Positions 25,428-35,751 are shown, counted from the stretch's first letter. The stretch: 37,557 nt of DNA from Planctomycetia bacterium (GCA_037147115.1 JBAWVV010000002.1:1-37557); one strand, 5' to 3'. Translations and numbers: made by a program. Notes: generated from the sequence alone by a model not told the origin.

Positions 25428-28067
25428 ATGCTGTCGTTGTCGGGCGCGATGATCGCCGTGTCGGCATGGCTCCGTCAGGCCCTGGCCCGGTGCCGATCGG
25501 GCTTTGCGGGGGGCTGGCGCCGTCGTGATTCCCTTCCCTCCCGGCCATTGGTCGTCGTCGCTGCCGCGCTGGTGGCAGGGATCGGCGCCGCGCTCCTCCT
25601 CCCCCTGCCGGCGACCGTCTGCTGGGCCACAGCGGTCGTCGTTCTCGGCGGCTGGGGGTGGTCGATCGGGCGGCGTCCGGGGATGGCCGCCCCTCTCCTC
25701 CTGGTGGCAATCGCTGCCGCCGGAGCGGCCTGGGGCACGGCCCGATGGCGGTGGTTTGCGGCCGATGACCTCGCCTGGAGCCTCTCCGACCGGCCCCTGC
25801 CGGTGGCCGTCGAGGGGAGGCTCGTGGCGGCACCGCGCCCGCTCCCTCGCTCGAGCGATCCGCTCCGCGGTGGGGGGCGCCCGCCGTCGAGCGACTGCCA
25901 GTTTGCGATCACGGCCGTGCGCGACGGGGAAGTGTGGCGACCGTGTTCCGGCCGGGCGGTGCTTGTCATCGATGGCCCGCCGCCGCGGCTCGGTGCCGGG
26001 GAGCGTTGCCGCGTCTGGGGGCGAGCGCTGCGCCCCGGACTGCCCGGCAATCCAGGCGAGTTCGACCAGCGCGCCCGCGCCCGCCAGGAACGCGCCTTGT
26101 CGGTCATCCGAGTCGAGGGGGCCGGGGCGATCGAGCGGGTGGCGCCGGGGGGCTGGCCGACGCTCGCGGCGGTCCTCGAGGAGGTCCGCCAGCGCGGGGC
26201 GACATCGCTGCGAACGCATCTCTCGACGGAGCGCGGGGCGCTCGCCGCAGCCCTCCTCCTCGGCACGCGCGAGACGCTCCTGCCTGAGATGACCGAATCC
26301 TTCATGGTCACCGGGACCGTTCACATCCTCTCGATCTCGGGGCTCCATGTCGCGCTCCTCGCGGCCGGTCTGTTTGCCATCGCCAGGCTTGTGCGGCTCC
26401 CCCGGACCGCCGCGCTCCTCCTCGTGGCGGTGGCGACGGGGCTCTACATGATCCTCGTCGGCGGCGAGACCCCGGTGCTCCGCGCGACGCTCCTGGTCTG
26501 GTTGGCCTGCCTCGGCGCCGTCTGCGGTCGTCGTGCCGCCGGCCTCAACGCCCTGGCCGTGGTGGCGATCGTCGTCCTCGCCTGGCACCCACCGGAGATC
26601 CTTCGCATCGGCAGCCAGTTGTCGTTCCTCTCCACCGCCGTCCTCATCGGCGCGGCGACGGCGGTCAGCGCCGGGCGGCGCAACGACGACCCGATCGACC
26701 GGCTCATCGACCGCTCTCGCTCGCCGTTGCACCGGTCGATCCGGCGGCAGGCGCAGGCTGCCTTCGATGCCCTCCTCATCGGGTTCGCCGTCTGGCTGGC
26801 GACCGCGCCGTTGGTGGCCGCCCACTTCCATGTCTTCAGTCCGGCCGGTCTGCTTCTCAATCCCCTCATCGCGCCGCTGGTCGGAGTGGCGATGGTGGGG
26901 GGATTCCTCTGTCTGCTCGCCGCGCCGGTCTGCTGGCCGATCGCCGCTGCCGGGGGGGCGGTCTGTGACGCGGCCCTGGCTGCGATCGAGGTCGCGGTCG
27001 ATCTCACCGCGCGAATCCCCGGGGCCTTCCATTGGGTGTCGGGGCCGCCGGTGTGGTGGACGGTGGGGTGGTATGCCGGGCTCGTGGCGATGCTCCTCCT
27101 CCTCGCCGGAGCCAGGCTGGTGCGCCCCTCGGTCTGGGCCTGTGCGGCGGGAATGTGGGCTGCGGTCGGCCTCGCCGTCGGCATGGTCGCGGTCGGCCCA
27201 GCGCCGGGCCTCGACGTCATCGCCGCGGCGATGGGACATGGTTGCGGCCTGGTGGTGCGCGGGCCCGCCGGACGCTGTCTGGTCTACGACGCCGGGAGAC
27301 TCGGCGCCGGCGTGGCAGCGGGGCGCGGGCTTTCGGCGCTGCTCTGGAGCGAGGGGATCGGCCGGATCGACACCCTCGTTATCTCCCATGCCGACACCGA
27401 TCATTTCAACGGCGTGCCTGACCTTCTCGAACGCTTCGATGTCGGCCGCGTCGTTGTTCCCGAGGCCTTCCTGACCAGCCCGGCACCGGCGGTCGCCGAG
27501 GTTCTCGCGCGGATCGCTGCAGCGCGGGTTCCGGTGGCGGCGGTCTCGGCCGGAGACGAGATCCCCTTCGATCCTCTCTGTCGGGTGCGTGTCCTCCATC
27601 CGCGCTCTGGACGCGCCGGGCCGGCCCCCGCCGACAACGAGACGAGCCTCGTCGTGGCGGTCGAGTCGGCGGGGCGCCGGGTCCTGCTCACGGGCGATCT
27701 CGAAGGAGGAGCGCTCGATCGGTTCGTCGCCTCCGATCCCGGGCCGTGTGAGCTCCTCATTGCCCCCCATCATGGCAGCCTCGCCAGCCTCCCACCGGCA
27801 CTGGCCCGGGCGACGGCACCGGCGTGGGTGATCGTCAGCGGCGCGGCGGGGCCGCGCTTCGAGGAGGTGCGCCGAGCCTATGCCACGGCGGCCGGCGCCG
27901 ACAGGCCGGCCCGGGTGCTGCGCACCGAGGGGGCGGTGCGGGTTCGCCTCACGGCGGCAGGCTCCGAGGGAAGCCAATTCCTCGAGGGGCGTTGGCAACC
28001 GGTACCAAGCCCGGCGGTCGCTCCGCCGGCCGCCACGAACGCCGCGGCCAAGACACCGGTGCCGTGA
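25428..28067 (+). CDS. comEC: ComEC/Rec2-family DNA internalisation protein with a C-terminal metallo-beta-lactamase domain
   Basis: There are many TM segments in the central part (GTVHILSISGLHVALL is typical of the competence domain). The C-terminal MBL motifs are LVISHADTDHFNG, LLTGDLEG and IAPHHGS. The ATG at 25428 (MLSLSGAM) is preferred over the track start at 25305. Confidence 0.85.
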   Translation: MLSLSGAMIAVSAWLRQALARCRSGFAGGWRRRDSLPSRPLVVVAAALVAGIGAALLLPLPATVCWATAVVVLGGWGWSIGRRPGMAAPLLLVAIAAAGAAWGTARWRWFAADDLAWSLSDRPLPVAVEGRLVAAPRPLPRSSDPLRGGGRPPSSDCQFAITAVRDGEVWRPCSGRAVLVIDGPPPRLGAGERCRVWGRALRPGLPGNPGEFDQRARARQERALSVIRVEGAGAIERVAPGGWPTLAAVLEEVRQRGATSLRTHLSTERGALAAALLLGTRETLLPEMTESFMVTGTVHILSISGLHVALLAAGLFAIARLVRLPRTAALLLVAVATGLYMILVGGETPVLRATLLVWLACLGAVCGRRAAGLNALAVVAIVVLAWHPPEILRIGSQLSFLSTAVLIGAATAVSAGRRNDDPIDRLIDRSRSPLHRSIRRQAQAAFDALLIGFAVWLATAPLVAAHFHVFSPAGLLLNPLIAPLVGVAMVGGFLCLLAAPVCWPIAAAGGAVCDAALAAIEVAVDLTARIPGAFHWVSGPPVWWTVGWYAGLVAMLLLLAGARLVRPSVWACAAGMWAAVGLAVGMVAVGPAPGLDVIAAAMGHGCGLVVRGPAGRCLVYDAGRLGAGVAAGRGLSALLWSEGIGRIDTLVISHADTDHFNGVPDLLERFDVGRVVVPEAFLTSPAPAVAEVLARIAAARVPVAAVSAGDEIPFDPLCRVRVLHPRSGRAGPAPADNETSLVVAVESAGRRVLLTGDLEGGALDRFVASDPGPCELLIAPHHGSLASLPPALARATAPAWVIVSGAAGPRFEEVRRAYATAAGADRPARVLRTEGAVRVRLTAAGSEGSQFLEGRWQPVPSPAVAPPAATNAAAKTPVP

Positions 28068-28076
28068 GGCGACGGA

Positions 28077-30863
28077 TCACCGCCGCACGTCATCCTGGGC
28101 CGGATCCCGAACGGTATCCCAGCGCAGGCTGTCGAGATTCATCATCCCTCCGGCCTGCTGCGGATGGGTGAAGCGGAGATAGACATCATGACGGCCGGCG
28201 ACCGGTGCCCAGGTCGCCGAGCGCTCGTAGAACTCCTCCCACTGGCCGTTGACCTCCACCGGCACCGTGGCCAGGAGCGGTCCATCGGCGGCGTCGATCC
28301 GGACTTCGACCGCGCCCCCCGCCCCGGCTGACGCCATCCGCAGCGTCGTTCCCCCAACCGCATCGAGGGGAACGTCGCGGAACAGGAGCCAATGGCCGTG
28401 GTCGACCGCGCCGAGGAAGTGCCCCGCTCCGGCATTCCCGGAGGCAAGCACCTGTGGCCCATGGATCCCGTCGGCGGTCTCGGCCTCGGTGAGCCGCGGC
28501 CGGAGAAACACCGTCGCCGTGCCGGCAAGCGGCGGGATCGGGCCGACGCCCCGGTCGAGATACGTCGCCTCGAGCCGGTAGCGGCCCCCCTTTGAGATCT
28601 CCTCCGGCGTCACCGGAATGCTGCCGACGAAGCCGGTGAAGACGCGCGTCAGGGCCGATGGGGTGAGCGAATAGATCCAGCCCACCATCTCGCGGATCTC
28701 GTCGGGGGTGTGGTGGGAGTGAGGGATCATCGGGATCTTTCCCCACACGCCGCTCGAGCCCTTCAGCACTCGCTCGACCGAGGCCTCGAGCGCCCCCTCC
28801 TTGCCGCGGTACTTGTTCGCCACCTCCACCAGCGGCGGGCCGACGCGGGCTTGGTCGACGGCGTGGCAGTTGAAACAGTCGCTGTGCCGCATCCGCTCGA
28901 GTCCCGGGGGCACTGCGGCGGCCGCGCCGTCGACCACCCGACCGGCCTGCACCGCCGCCCGTGGGACGTCCGTCGACATCAGTTCCTCGAGGCCGTCGGC
29001 GTCGGCTGCTGCCGTGTCGTTCGTGCCGTCCTCGTGGTCGCGGACCAGGAGGCGAAATTCAATCGGCGCTGCCGAGTCGAAGAAATCCCCGTCCGAAGGC
29101 TCGGCGAAACGGATCTCGGGGCGGGCATTGCCGACGACCACCGGCACCGACGCGCTCCGCTCGGCTCCGGCAGGGTCGCGGACGACCAACTCGACGGTGT
29201 AGACACCCGGTGCGCTGAAGGTGAGCGTGGGATGGGGTTCGCGGGAGGCGACCTCGGCCGTCGTTGCGGGAGGATCAGCCTCCCGCGGGGGCGACGGCGG
29301 CTCCGCCTCTCCCTCGGCAGCGCGGATGATCCGCCACTGGTGATCGAGAGGGTCGCCGTCCTTGTCGAACGTCCCCGCGCTCGAGAGCTTCACCGTGAGC
29401 GGATGACGGCCGATGTTGTTCTCGGCGGCTGCCACGGCCACCGGCGCCCGGTTGCCGCGGACATAGTCGATCCGCACGAGCCGAGCGTTGGCATTCACCC
29501 CCCAGGTGTCGCCGTACTCGAGGAGGTAGAGGGCTCCATCGGCACCGAACTGGAGGTCGATCGGACGCGCGAACGGTCGATCGGGGAGGAAGGTTTCGAT
29601 GCCGGCGACCCGCTGCTGGTCATCGAGCCGCACGACCTTGATCCAGTTGCGCGTCCATTCGTAAATGAACAGGCAGTTGTCGTAGTGGGAGGGGAAGCGG
29701 GTCGGCGAGTCGGCGTGGTCGGCGGCGTGGTAGACCGGCCCAGCGCAGGCCGTCCGCCCCCCTTCCCCGAGCTCTGGAAACGCGGCCGAGGCGCCGTAGG
29801 GATACCAGAGAAACGCCGGACGGGCCGGGGGGAGGACGCTCGATCCGGTGTTGTTCGGCGAGGCGTTGAGCGGTGCAGCTGGGTCGAAGAGCCGGCCGAC
29901 GGCCGCGGTGGCGTAGTCGTAGTCGGCGTAGGGGAGGTTGTCGCCGATAAAGTAGGGCCAGCCGAAATTGCCCGGCCCCTGCGCCTGGTTGATCTCGTCG
30001 TAGCCCCGCGGGCCGCGCGGCCCTTCGCCGCCGGCGTCCGGTCCGACCTCTCCCCAGTAGACCGTGCCGGTCTTCGCATCGACCGACATCCGCCAGGGGT
30101 TGCGGCAGCCCATGCAGTAGATCTCCGGCCGACCGGAGGAGCCGTCACGGGGGAAGAGATTCCCTGTAGGGATCTCCACGCTGCCGTCGGCGCGGGGGCG
30201 GATGCGGAGGATCTTGCCGCTCAACGACGCGGTGTTGGCCGCTGATTTCTGCGCGTCCCAAGGGGCCTTCTCCGGCCGCTCGTCGATCGGCGCGTAGCCC
30301 TGCGAGTCGCCGTGCGGGTGGGTGTTGTCGCCGGTGGCGATGAACAGGCAGCCGTCGGGGCCGAAGGCGAGCGATCCGGCATGGTGGCAGCACTCCTTCC
30401 GCTGCTCTTGGAACGCCAAAAGCAGTTTTTCGGAGGCCGGGTCGAGGAGGCCTTCGCGGAGTGTGAACCGGCTGACGTGCTGCCCCTCGAAGTCGGGGGG
30501 TGAGTACTGGAGATAAAGATGGCCGTTGGCGGCAAAGTTCGGATCGAGCGCCAGGCCGATGAGGCCATTCTCCTGGGCGGTCGTGACGTTCAGCTCACCG
30601 ACGAGCCGCGGTTCGCGAGCGTTAGGGTCGAGGGCGAGGAGCCGACCGCCGAACTCGATCCAGTAGACGGTGCCATCGGGGGCGACCGCCAATTCCATCG
30701 GTTGCATGAGGCCCGCGACGAGTGTCGTCAGTTCGAAGCGGGCCGGGTCGAGGTTTGGCTCCGCCGCGCCCGCCGCCACGGGCACAAGCGCTGCGGCCAC
30801 CGCCAGCCATCTCCCCACCTGCGTCGCCGTGCGCCACCGCGATGGCTGCTGTCCCCTGCTCAT
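28077..30863 (-). CDS. Secreted PQQ-dependent sugar dehydrogenase-like beta-propeller, fused to a PKD-like domain, a c-type cytochrome domain and a C-terminal sugar-binding-like domain
   Basis: A signal peptide is present. Also seen: ELAVAPDGTVYWIE, GLIGLALDPNF, CCHHAGSLAFGPDGCLFIATGDN (GSDH-type propeller); LTVKLSSAGTFDKDGDPLDHQW (PKD-like); and the haem motif DCFNCHAVDQARVGPPL. Confidence 0.85.
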   Translation of the reverse strand: MSRGQQPSRWRTATQVGRWLAVAAALVPVAAGAAEPNLDPARFELTTLVAGLMQPMELAVAPDGTVYWIEFGGRLLALDPNAREPRLVGELNVTTAQENGLIGLALDPNFAANGHLYLQYSPPDFEGQHVSRFTLREGLLDPASEKLLLAFQEQRKECCHHAGSLAFGPDGCLFIATGDNTHPHGDSQGYAPIDERPEKAPWDAQKSAANTASLSGKILRIRPRADGSVEIPTGNLFPRDGSSGRPEIYCMGCRNPWRMSVDAKTGTVYWGEVGPDAGGEGPRGPRGYDEINQAQGPGNFGWPYFIGDNLPYADYDYATAAVGRLFDPAAPLNASPNNTGSSVLPPARPAFLWYPYGASAAFPELGEGGRTACAGPVYHAADHADSPTRFPSHYDNCLFIYEWTRNWIKVVRLDDQQRVAGIETFLPDRPFARPIDLQFGADGALYLLEYGDTWGVNANARLVRIDYVRGNRAPVAVAAAENNIGRHPLTVKLSSAGTFDKDGDPLDHQWRIIRAAEGEAEPPSPPREADPPATTAEVASREPHPTLTFSAPGVYTVELVVRDPAGAERSASVPVVVGNARPEIRFAEPSDGDFFDSAAPIEFRLLVRDHEDGTNDTAAADADGLEELMSTDVPRAAVQAGRVVDGAAAAVPPGLERMRHSDCFNCHAVDQARVGPPLVEVANKYRGKEGALEASVERVLKGSSGVWGKIPMIPHSHHTPDEIREMVGWIYSLTPSALTRVFTGFVGSIPVTPEEISKGGRYRLEATYLDRGVGPIPPLAGTATVFLRPRLTEAETADGIHGPQVLASGNAGAGHFLGAVDHGHWLLFRDVPLDAVGGTTLRMASAGAGGAVEVRIDAADGPLLATVPVEVNGQWEEFYERSATWAPVAGRHDVYLRFTHPQQAGGMMNLDSLRWDTVRDPAQDDVRR

Positions 30864-30879
30864 CGTCTCTCCCCCACCT

Positions 30880-33570
30880 TCAGATGGCCTTAACGGCTTC
30901 GACCGCAGGTCGTCTGGTTTGATGTTTCATCCGCCATCCGGCCGCGACCAAAAGAACGAGGTTGGCCACCAGGAACGCGAAGAACTCCGTTTGCCCCCCC
31001 TGGCCGAAGCCATAGGAGTGGAGCCCTGCACCGAGGAGGAAATTGACCCCGTACCACGACATCCCGATGACTGCTGCCCCCAGCACGGCGCCGCCAGCGA
31101 GGCCGAAGTTGCCGATCCAGCCGGCATAGCGGCCGTGGAGGATCACCAAGTAGGCCAGCAGCGACACCAGCGCCCACACTTCCTTCGGATCCCATCCCCA
31201 GAATCTTCCCCAGGAGACGTCGGCCCACAGGCCGCCGAGGATCGTGCCGGCCGCGAGGAGAACAACCGCCACCTGCATCGCCTTGTAGATGTAGCCGGCC
31301 AGATCGGCACAGGCTTCGGGGGGGCGGGAACGGCCACCGGACCCCTGCGGATAGCGGCCGAAGAGGTAGTGGCCTAGCGACAGGATCCCCAGGCCCCAGG
31401 CGAGGGCGCCGGCGGCGTAACTGGAGACGATCGTGAGAACATGGATCGTGAGCCAGAAGTTGTCGCGGAGGACCGGTTGGAGCGGGCTGAATTGCTTGCC
31501 GGGGATCGGGAAGAACCAGGCGATGAAGGTCCCCGCGAACGCCACCGCGGCAACGACGAGGCCGAACGATTTCCGCCGGTAGACCTCCGGCACCTCGGCC
31601 GCGAACGTCCCACGCTGCCACGAGGCGGGCACGCTCACGATCGATGTCGCGATCGTGAGGATCAAGCGGGGGAGAAACCACACCGCCGGGGCGAGTACCG
31701 ACCAGCCGACGAGCCAGACGACGAGATTGTTGAGGTTGGGGATGCTCCGGTCGACGTCGGTTTGCGGGAAGAGATTGATGATCGTCCGCCCGCCCGCCGC
31801 ATAAGGGGCCATCGCCAAAATCCACAACACCAGCGCCGAGAGGGCGATCCGGGGAAGGATGAGGAGCCAGTTGATCGCTCCCCACCCCTTCGATCCACCG
31901 TCGAGTGTCCTCTCCCGCGGATCGGTGGCAGCGCCCTCACCGGGGATGAGCCTGCCGAGCGGCGCGGGGAGCGCCGTCATCCGCCAGGCATCCCCCATTC
32001 CGGCGGCCATGATCGGCGCGAGGAGGAAGCAGAGCCCGAGGAAGGTGAGGAAGAAGGGGACGTAGATCACCGTCTCGTACATGTTCGTCACCGGGGCCCA
32101 GCCGGTGATCGCCACGCGCGAGGCGAAAGCCTGCGCCGTCCAGCCCAACTGGAAGAGGAGGAGGAAGGTGGCGATCCAAAACAGCGGCACGCGGGCCCGG
32201 CCGATCGACACCGCGTAGGCGGCGAGGGCGAAAAGCGCCGCCACCCACGACATCCGGAACGGGTCGCCAACGTTGTAGGTCACCTCGCGGGTGGTGCTCC
32301 CGACCTGCGGGTAGGCGGTGTGCCGGAGGAGGTCGGCGTCGGGGCGCTCGATCGGCAGAGCAGCGCGGAGCGGCTCGACCGCCTCCCCCAGATTCCGCAG
32401 TCTCGAGGCGAGGTTCTCGGTGGCGGCGGCGACGTCAGCCGGGCGCCCCGCAGCGGAGACCGGCGCCTGGACGGCGGTCTGCAGACTGTCGAACGCGGCG
32501 CGGATCCCCCGGACCCCCTCCGGCGGATAGCCAGCGAGGAGGTCAGGCTCCGCATCGAGGAGGGTCGGCCAAGCCAGCCAGGCCGGCATGTCGTCCTCCG
32601 CACTTCGCTCCGCCTCCAGCGCGTCGGCATGGAGGGCGGGCACCAGGTGGAGGCTGCCGCCGTTGTCGTAGAGGGCTTCGCCGAGGGCCGTGAGCCGATC
32701 GCCGAGGCGGCGCAGCAACCGGCGGATGTCGATCGGGGCGTCGTCGGGGAGGGGGATGGCCCCGATCGACTGCCGCAGGGCAGCTAGCCGCGGCAGGACC
32801 TCCGCGGTCGGAAAGCGGGTCGAGTTCCCCATCACTTCGGCGAGGTCTTGAAGCGCTGTGTCAACGTCCGCCGCCTGCCCGGGGGGGAGCTTCTCGCGGA
32901 GTGGTTTGAAGGTGGTCACGAGTTGCTGGAACGTCCGCAGGAAACGCGTCCGCCCCACCGCATCGTCGGCGGCCCGGAACACCAGTTGCCGCCAGGTGAC
33001 ATAGGCCTTCCAGAGCTGCTCGACCTTGGCATCGACCCCTTCGGCCCGGAACTCCCTTCCCTCCCTCACCGCTGTGGTGCGACGGTCGTCGAGGTCGATG
33101 AGCCGCTGACGGAGCGGCTCGCAGTCGGCCACGTCGGAAGGGGCTGCATACTTCAGCCGCACCCGCCCCTTTGGCGTGTCGGCGAAGAGCTCGAGGCCGA
33201 GGAGCTTTCGCAGGTCCTCGTGCTCGGCAATGAGGAACGGGACATCCTCCCAGGCGGCGGGTCGGACGAGCCAGTCGAGGAGGAGTTCGTCGGCATGCCA
33301 TTTCGCCAATGGCTCACCGGGCACGACGGCCAGCTTCGGCTCCTGGACGTTGCAGATCGACTCGATTTGGCGGCGCGCAAAAGTATCCAGCGGCATGATC
33401 CGCCCATCTTCGAGAACGGGGATCGACCGCCACGCGGCGAGGGAGGGGGAGAGCCCCGGCGACGGCGCGTCGGCGCTCGCCGGCGTGGCCCCGAACAGGG
33501 CGCCGACGACGAGCCCAGCCAGAAGCAGAGCGCGGAGGCAGGCGGTAGAAGTGGTTCGGGGAATGGTCAT
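30880..33570 (-). CDS. ccsA: System II cytochrome c biogenesis protein CcsA/ResC, with a ~475-aa N-terminal periplasmic extension
   Basis: The C-terminal Trp-rich motif WGRFWGWDPKEVWALVSLLAYLVILHGR (WWD-type) lies within a polytopic domain. The ATG at 33570 overlaps the resB stop (ATGA). The track ORF (to 34578) is an out-of-frame extension over resB. Confidence 0.85.
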   Translation of the reverse strand: MTIPRTTSTACLRALLLAGLVVGALFGATPASADAPSPGLSPSLAAWRSIPVLEDGRIMPLDTFARRQIESICNVQEPKLAVVPGEPLAKWHADELLLDWLVRPAAWEDVPFLIAEHEDLRKLLGLELFADTPKGRVRLKYAAPSDVADCEPLRQRLIDLDDRRTTAVREGREFRAEGVDAKVEQLWKAYVTWRQLVFRAADDAVGRTRFLRTFQQLVTTFKPLREKLPPGQAADVDTALQDLAEVMGNSTRFPTAEVLPRLAALRQSIGAIPLPDDAPIDIRRLLRRLGDRLTALGEALYDNGGSLHLVPALHADALEAERSAEDDMPAWLAWPTLLDAEPDLLAGYPPEGVRGIRAAFDSLQTAVQAPVSAAGRPADVAAATENLASRLRNLGEAVEPLRAALPIERPDADLLRHTAYPQVGSTTREVTYNVGDPFRMSWVAALFALAAYAVSIGRARVPLFWIATFLLLFQLGWTAQAFASRVAITGWAPVTNMYETVIYVPFFLTFLGLCFLLAPIMAAGMGDAWRMTALPAPLGRLIPGEGAATDPRERTLDGGSKGWGAINWLLILPRIALSALVLWILAMAPYAAGGRTIINLFPQTDVDRSIPNLNNLVVWLVGWSVLAPAVWFLPRLILTIATSIVSVPASWQRGTFAAEVPEVYRRKSFGLVVAAVAFAGTFIAWFFPIPGKQFSPLQPVLRDNFWLTIHVLTIVSSYAAGALAWGLGILSLGHYLFGRYPQGSGGRSRPPEACADLAGYIYKAMQVAVVLLAAGTILGGLWADVSWGRFWGWDPKEVWALVSLLAYLVILHGRYAGWIGNFGLAGGAVLGAAVIGMSWYGVNFLLGAGLHSYGFGQGGQTEFFAFLVANLVLLVAAGWRMKHQTRRPAVEAVKAI

Positions 33571-35699
33571 CGTGCACCTCGTGGTCGTTGCGCGGGGGCA
33601 TGCCCGGGCTTGCCGCGCCGCGGATCGCGTCGCTTCCCCGGTCGGTCGGCCGATCCATCCTCCCCGAGCTCGTGCGCGGCGGGGGGATCGTCCTCCCCGT
33701 CGTCCTGTCGGCGGGGGCGAAAGAAATAGGCCTTCATGTAGAACATCGTGAAAATCCCGGCGACGATCAGACCGCTGCCGAGATACTTCACCCCGCGGCC
33801 GGGGTCGTAATTGACTGTCAGCACCGAGGCCTCGAGCCGCTCCGGCTTCTCGCGGGCGTTCTTTGTGAACTTCTCGTAGAGGTCGTCCCCCGGCATCCAC
33901 GGCCCCATGAAGCTCTCCTGGAAGAGTCGATAGGAGCGGCCGCTGGCAGGATCGGAGAAGTCGACCGGGGCGTTCATGGTGATCGTCACCGGTTGCTTTA
34001 CCAGCGCTGTCCCCGAGCGCGAGAGAAATTTGACGACGCTCGAGAAGTGGGAAGCTTGGCTCGTGCCCGGATCGAGTTTGCGTTCGAAGTTGTCGAGCTT
34101 GATGTCGAATCCGATGTCGACCGCGTCGGGAACCAGCCGCACCGTCACGCTCCGCCGGGCGGCAGTGATCGTCGCCTCTTCGGTCGGACCGGGCGCCTCG
34201 TTGATCGGCTGGACCGGGATGCCGGCCAGCCAAAACTCCTCTGCCTTGCCGTCGACGGTAAGTCGGATGCGGGCCGCCCGCCGCTTCGAAGAGGAGGGCT
34301 TCACCTTGTCGAAGGGGACGGGGAGCGTGGCGATCTCGAGCTTGTCGGCAGGGAGGAAGCGATCGACCCGCATCTCCAGCTTGGCACGCGGCATCTCGAA
34401 GGCCGGCACCGGGCTCCCGTCGATCGGCAGTTCGCCGCCGGTCACCGCGGGGGCTTGCCACACTCGGTACAGGAGCCGATGCCCCCCCTTCCCCGCCGGC
34501 GCCTGGACGATGTCGATCCGACTGCGGGCTTTCCCCTGCATCCGTTCGGAAGCGTCGGTCGTGTCGCGCTCGATCCACAGCGCGCCCTGCACGCCGGTGC
34601 GCGACCCCTGGATCGAAACCTCGGGGAGGTCGGCAAGGATCACGATCTCCTCGTCGGCCCCATCGGCACCGCGCCGGACCTTGAGTCGGGCCGCCGAGAG
34701 TTGGTCGTTGAAGTCGGTCAGCTCGACGAACAGATCGGTGCCGTCGAGGGGCATCCGCGGCTGGCCGACGAGGTCGTCAACGAGCCAACGCCTTACTTTC
34801 CCGTCGGCGACGAGAACGAGTTGGCCGCGGGTGCCGAAGCCGAGCGTCTGATCGGGGGTGGCGGCGAGAAACGCCCGCGCCTCGTTGTCGGTGGCGAGCT
34901 TCCAGAACACGACCGTGCCGCCGCCGATGGTGCCGCGGTGCCGCATCTGGGCTCCGCGGAGCGGGTCGGGTTGCCAAGAGAGGTCGACCGGCATCCACAT
35001 CCCACTGGCGCCGGCTCCCTCGAAGCTGTCGCTGCCGATGCGCAGACGGACACTCGGGGCGAGGGCGGCGCTGGAATCGGAGTAGAAATCGAGGACCTCC
35101 AGCCGCACGCCACGCTCGTCGTAGAGCACGCCGGTGTCGCGGGGGGAGAGCTTCCAAGGGAACGCGGCGCGATGGACCGGCGCCGCGCCACTGTATTCGT
35201 TCCAATTGAACGGCCCCGAGCGAAACGCCACCGACCCGAGGGGCGTGCCCGTGCCCCCCGCCGCGGGGCGCTCGAGGAGGGCAAAATGGAGGGAATCCTC
35301 ATAGGCCCTCCCCCCTTTCTCCCCTTCGAGGAGCGGGATCTGGGCGTCGATCCCCCCGCGCTGGGAAAGCAGGCATCCAGTGAGGAGAACGAGCAGGCCG
35401 ATGTGGGTGATCACGAACCCCGTCTGATGTCGTTTCCAGGGGTAGCGGATGGCCGCTGCGCAAAAGATGCTCACCGCCAAGAGGGCATTGAGCAGCGTGA
35501 ACCACCAGGTGTTCCAGACGCCGAACTTCACCGCCTCGGTGCCATAGGCACTCTCGACAAAGGTCCCCAGCCCCAGAACGATCGCGAGGAGGGAGATGAG
35601 GACGACCGCAAACCGGAGCGAGGCGAGGAACTCGTAGACGGAGAGCACGGCCCGCACGGCGGCAGGTTGATCGGGTGTGACGAGCCGGCGTGCAGCCAT
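33567..35699 (-). CDS. resB: System II cytochrome c biogenesis protein ResB/Ccs1
   Basis: The N-terminus SLRFAVVLISLLAIVLGLGTFVES, further TM helices, a large periplasmic domain and a C-terminal TM (GLIVAGIFTMFYMKAYFF) are typical of ResB. It is translationally coupled to ccsA. Confidence 0.85.
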   Translation of the reverse strand: MAARRLVTPDQPAAVRAVLSVYEFLASLRFAVVLISLLAIVLGLGTFVESAYGTEAVKFGVWNTWWFTLLNALLAVSIFCAAAIRYPWKRHQTGFVITHIGLLVLLTGCLLSQRGGIDAQIPLLEGEKGGRAYEDSLHFALLERPAAGGTGTPLGSVAFRSGPFNWNEYSGAAPVHRAAFPWKLSPRDTGVLYDERGVRLEVLDFYSDSSAALAPSVRLRIGSDSFEGAGASGMWMPVDLSWQPDPLRGAQMRHRGTIGGGTVVFWKLATDNEARAFLAATPDQTLGFGTRGQLVLVADGKVRRWLVDDLVGQPRMPLDGTDLFVELTDFNDQLSAARLKVRRGADGADEEIVILADLPEVSIQGSRTGVQGALWIERDTTDASERMQGKARSRIDIVQAPAGKGGHRLLYRVWQAPAVTGGELPIDGSPVPAFEMPRAKLEMRVDRFLPADKLEIATLPVPFDKVKPSSSKRRAARIRLTVDGKAEEFWLAGIPVQPINEAPGPTEEATITAARRSVTVRLVPDAVDIGFDIKLDNFERKLDPGTSQASHFSSVVKFLSRSGTALVKQPVTITMNAPVDFSDPASGRSYRLFQESFMGPWMPGDDLYEKFTKNAREKPERLEASVLTVNYDPGRGVKYLGSGLIVAGIFTMFYMKAYFFRPRRQDDGEDDPPAAHELGEDGSADRPGKRRDPRRGKPGHAPAQRPRGAR

Positions 35700-35745
35700 G
35701 GGATGGAGTTGAGGGGGGTCGCGAGGGGTTGGGAACCACCACGCG

Positions 35746-35751
35746 ATTATA
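35746..35751 (-). promoter_or_regulatory. Perfect TATAAT hexamer (minus strand), 47 nt upstream of the resB start. This is a candidate -10 box.
   Basis: The plus strand reads attata at 35746-35751. There is no good -35 (CTCCGC at 17-nt spacing). A GC-rich hairpin at 35783-35811 lies just downstream of the preceding gene. Confidence 0.25.

Noticed and set aside
25422-27998. An 858-aa minus-strand ORF antisense to comEC. Similar long antisense ORFs lie at 33588-36263 (+), 3115-4296 (-), 4667-6043 (-), 19912-21195 (-), 23173-24465 (-), 24290-25327 (-), 11637-12992 (+), 28710-30245 (+), 31441-32787 (+) and 16904-17911 (+).
   Set aside because: They are GC-driven shadow ORFs. They are extremely Arg/Pro/Gly/Asp-rich with no recognisable motifs. 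Each lies opposite a gene with clear conserved-family signatures, and stop codons are rare on all frames in DNA this GC-rich.
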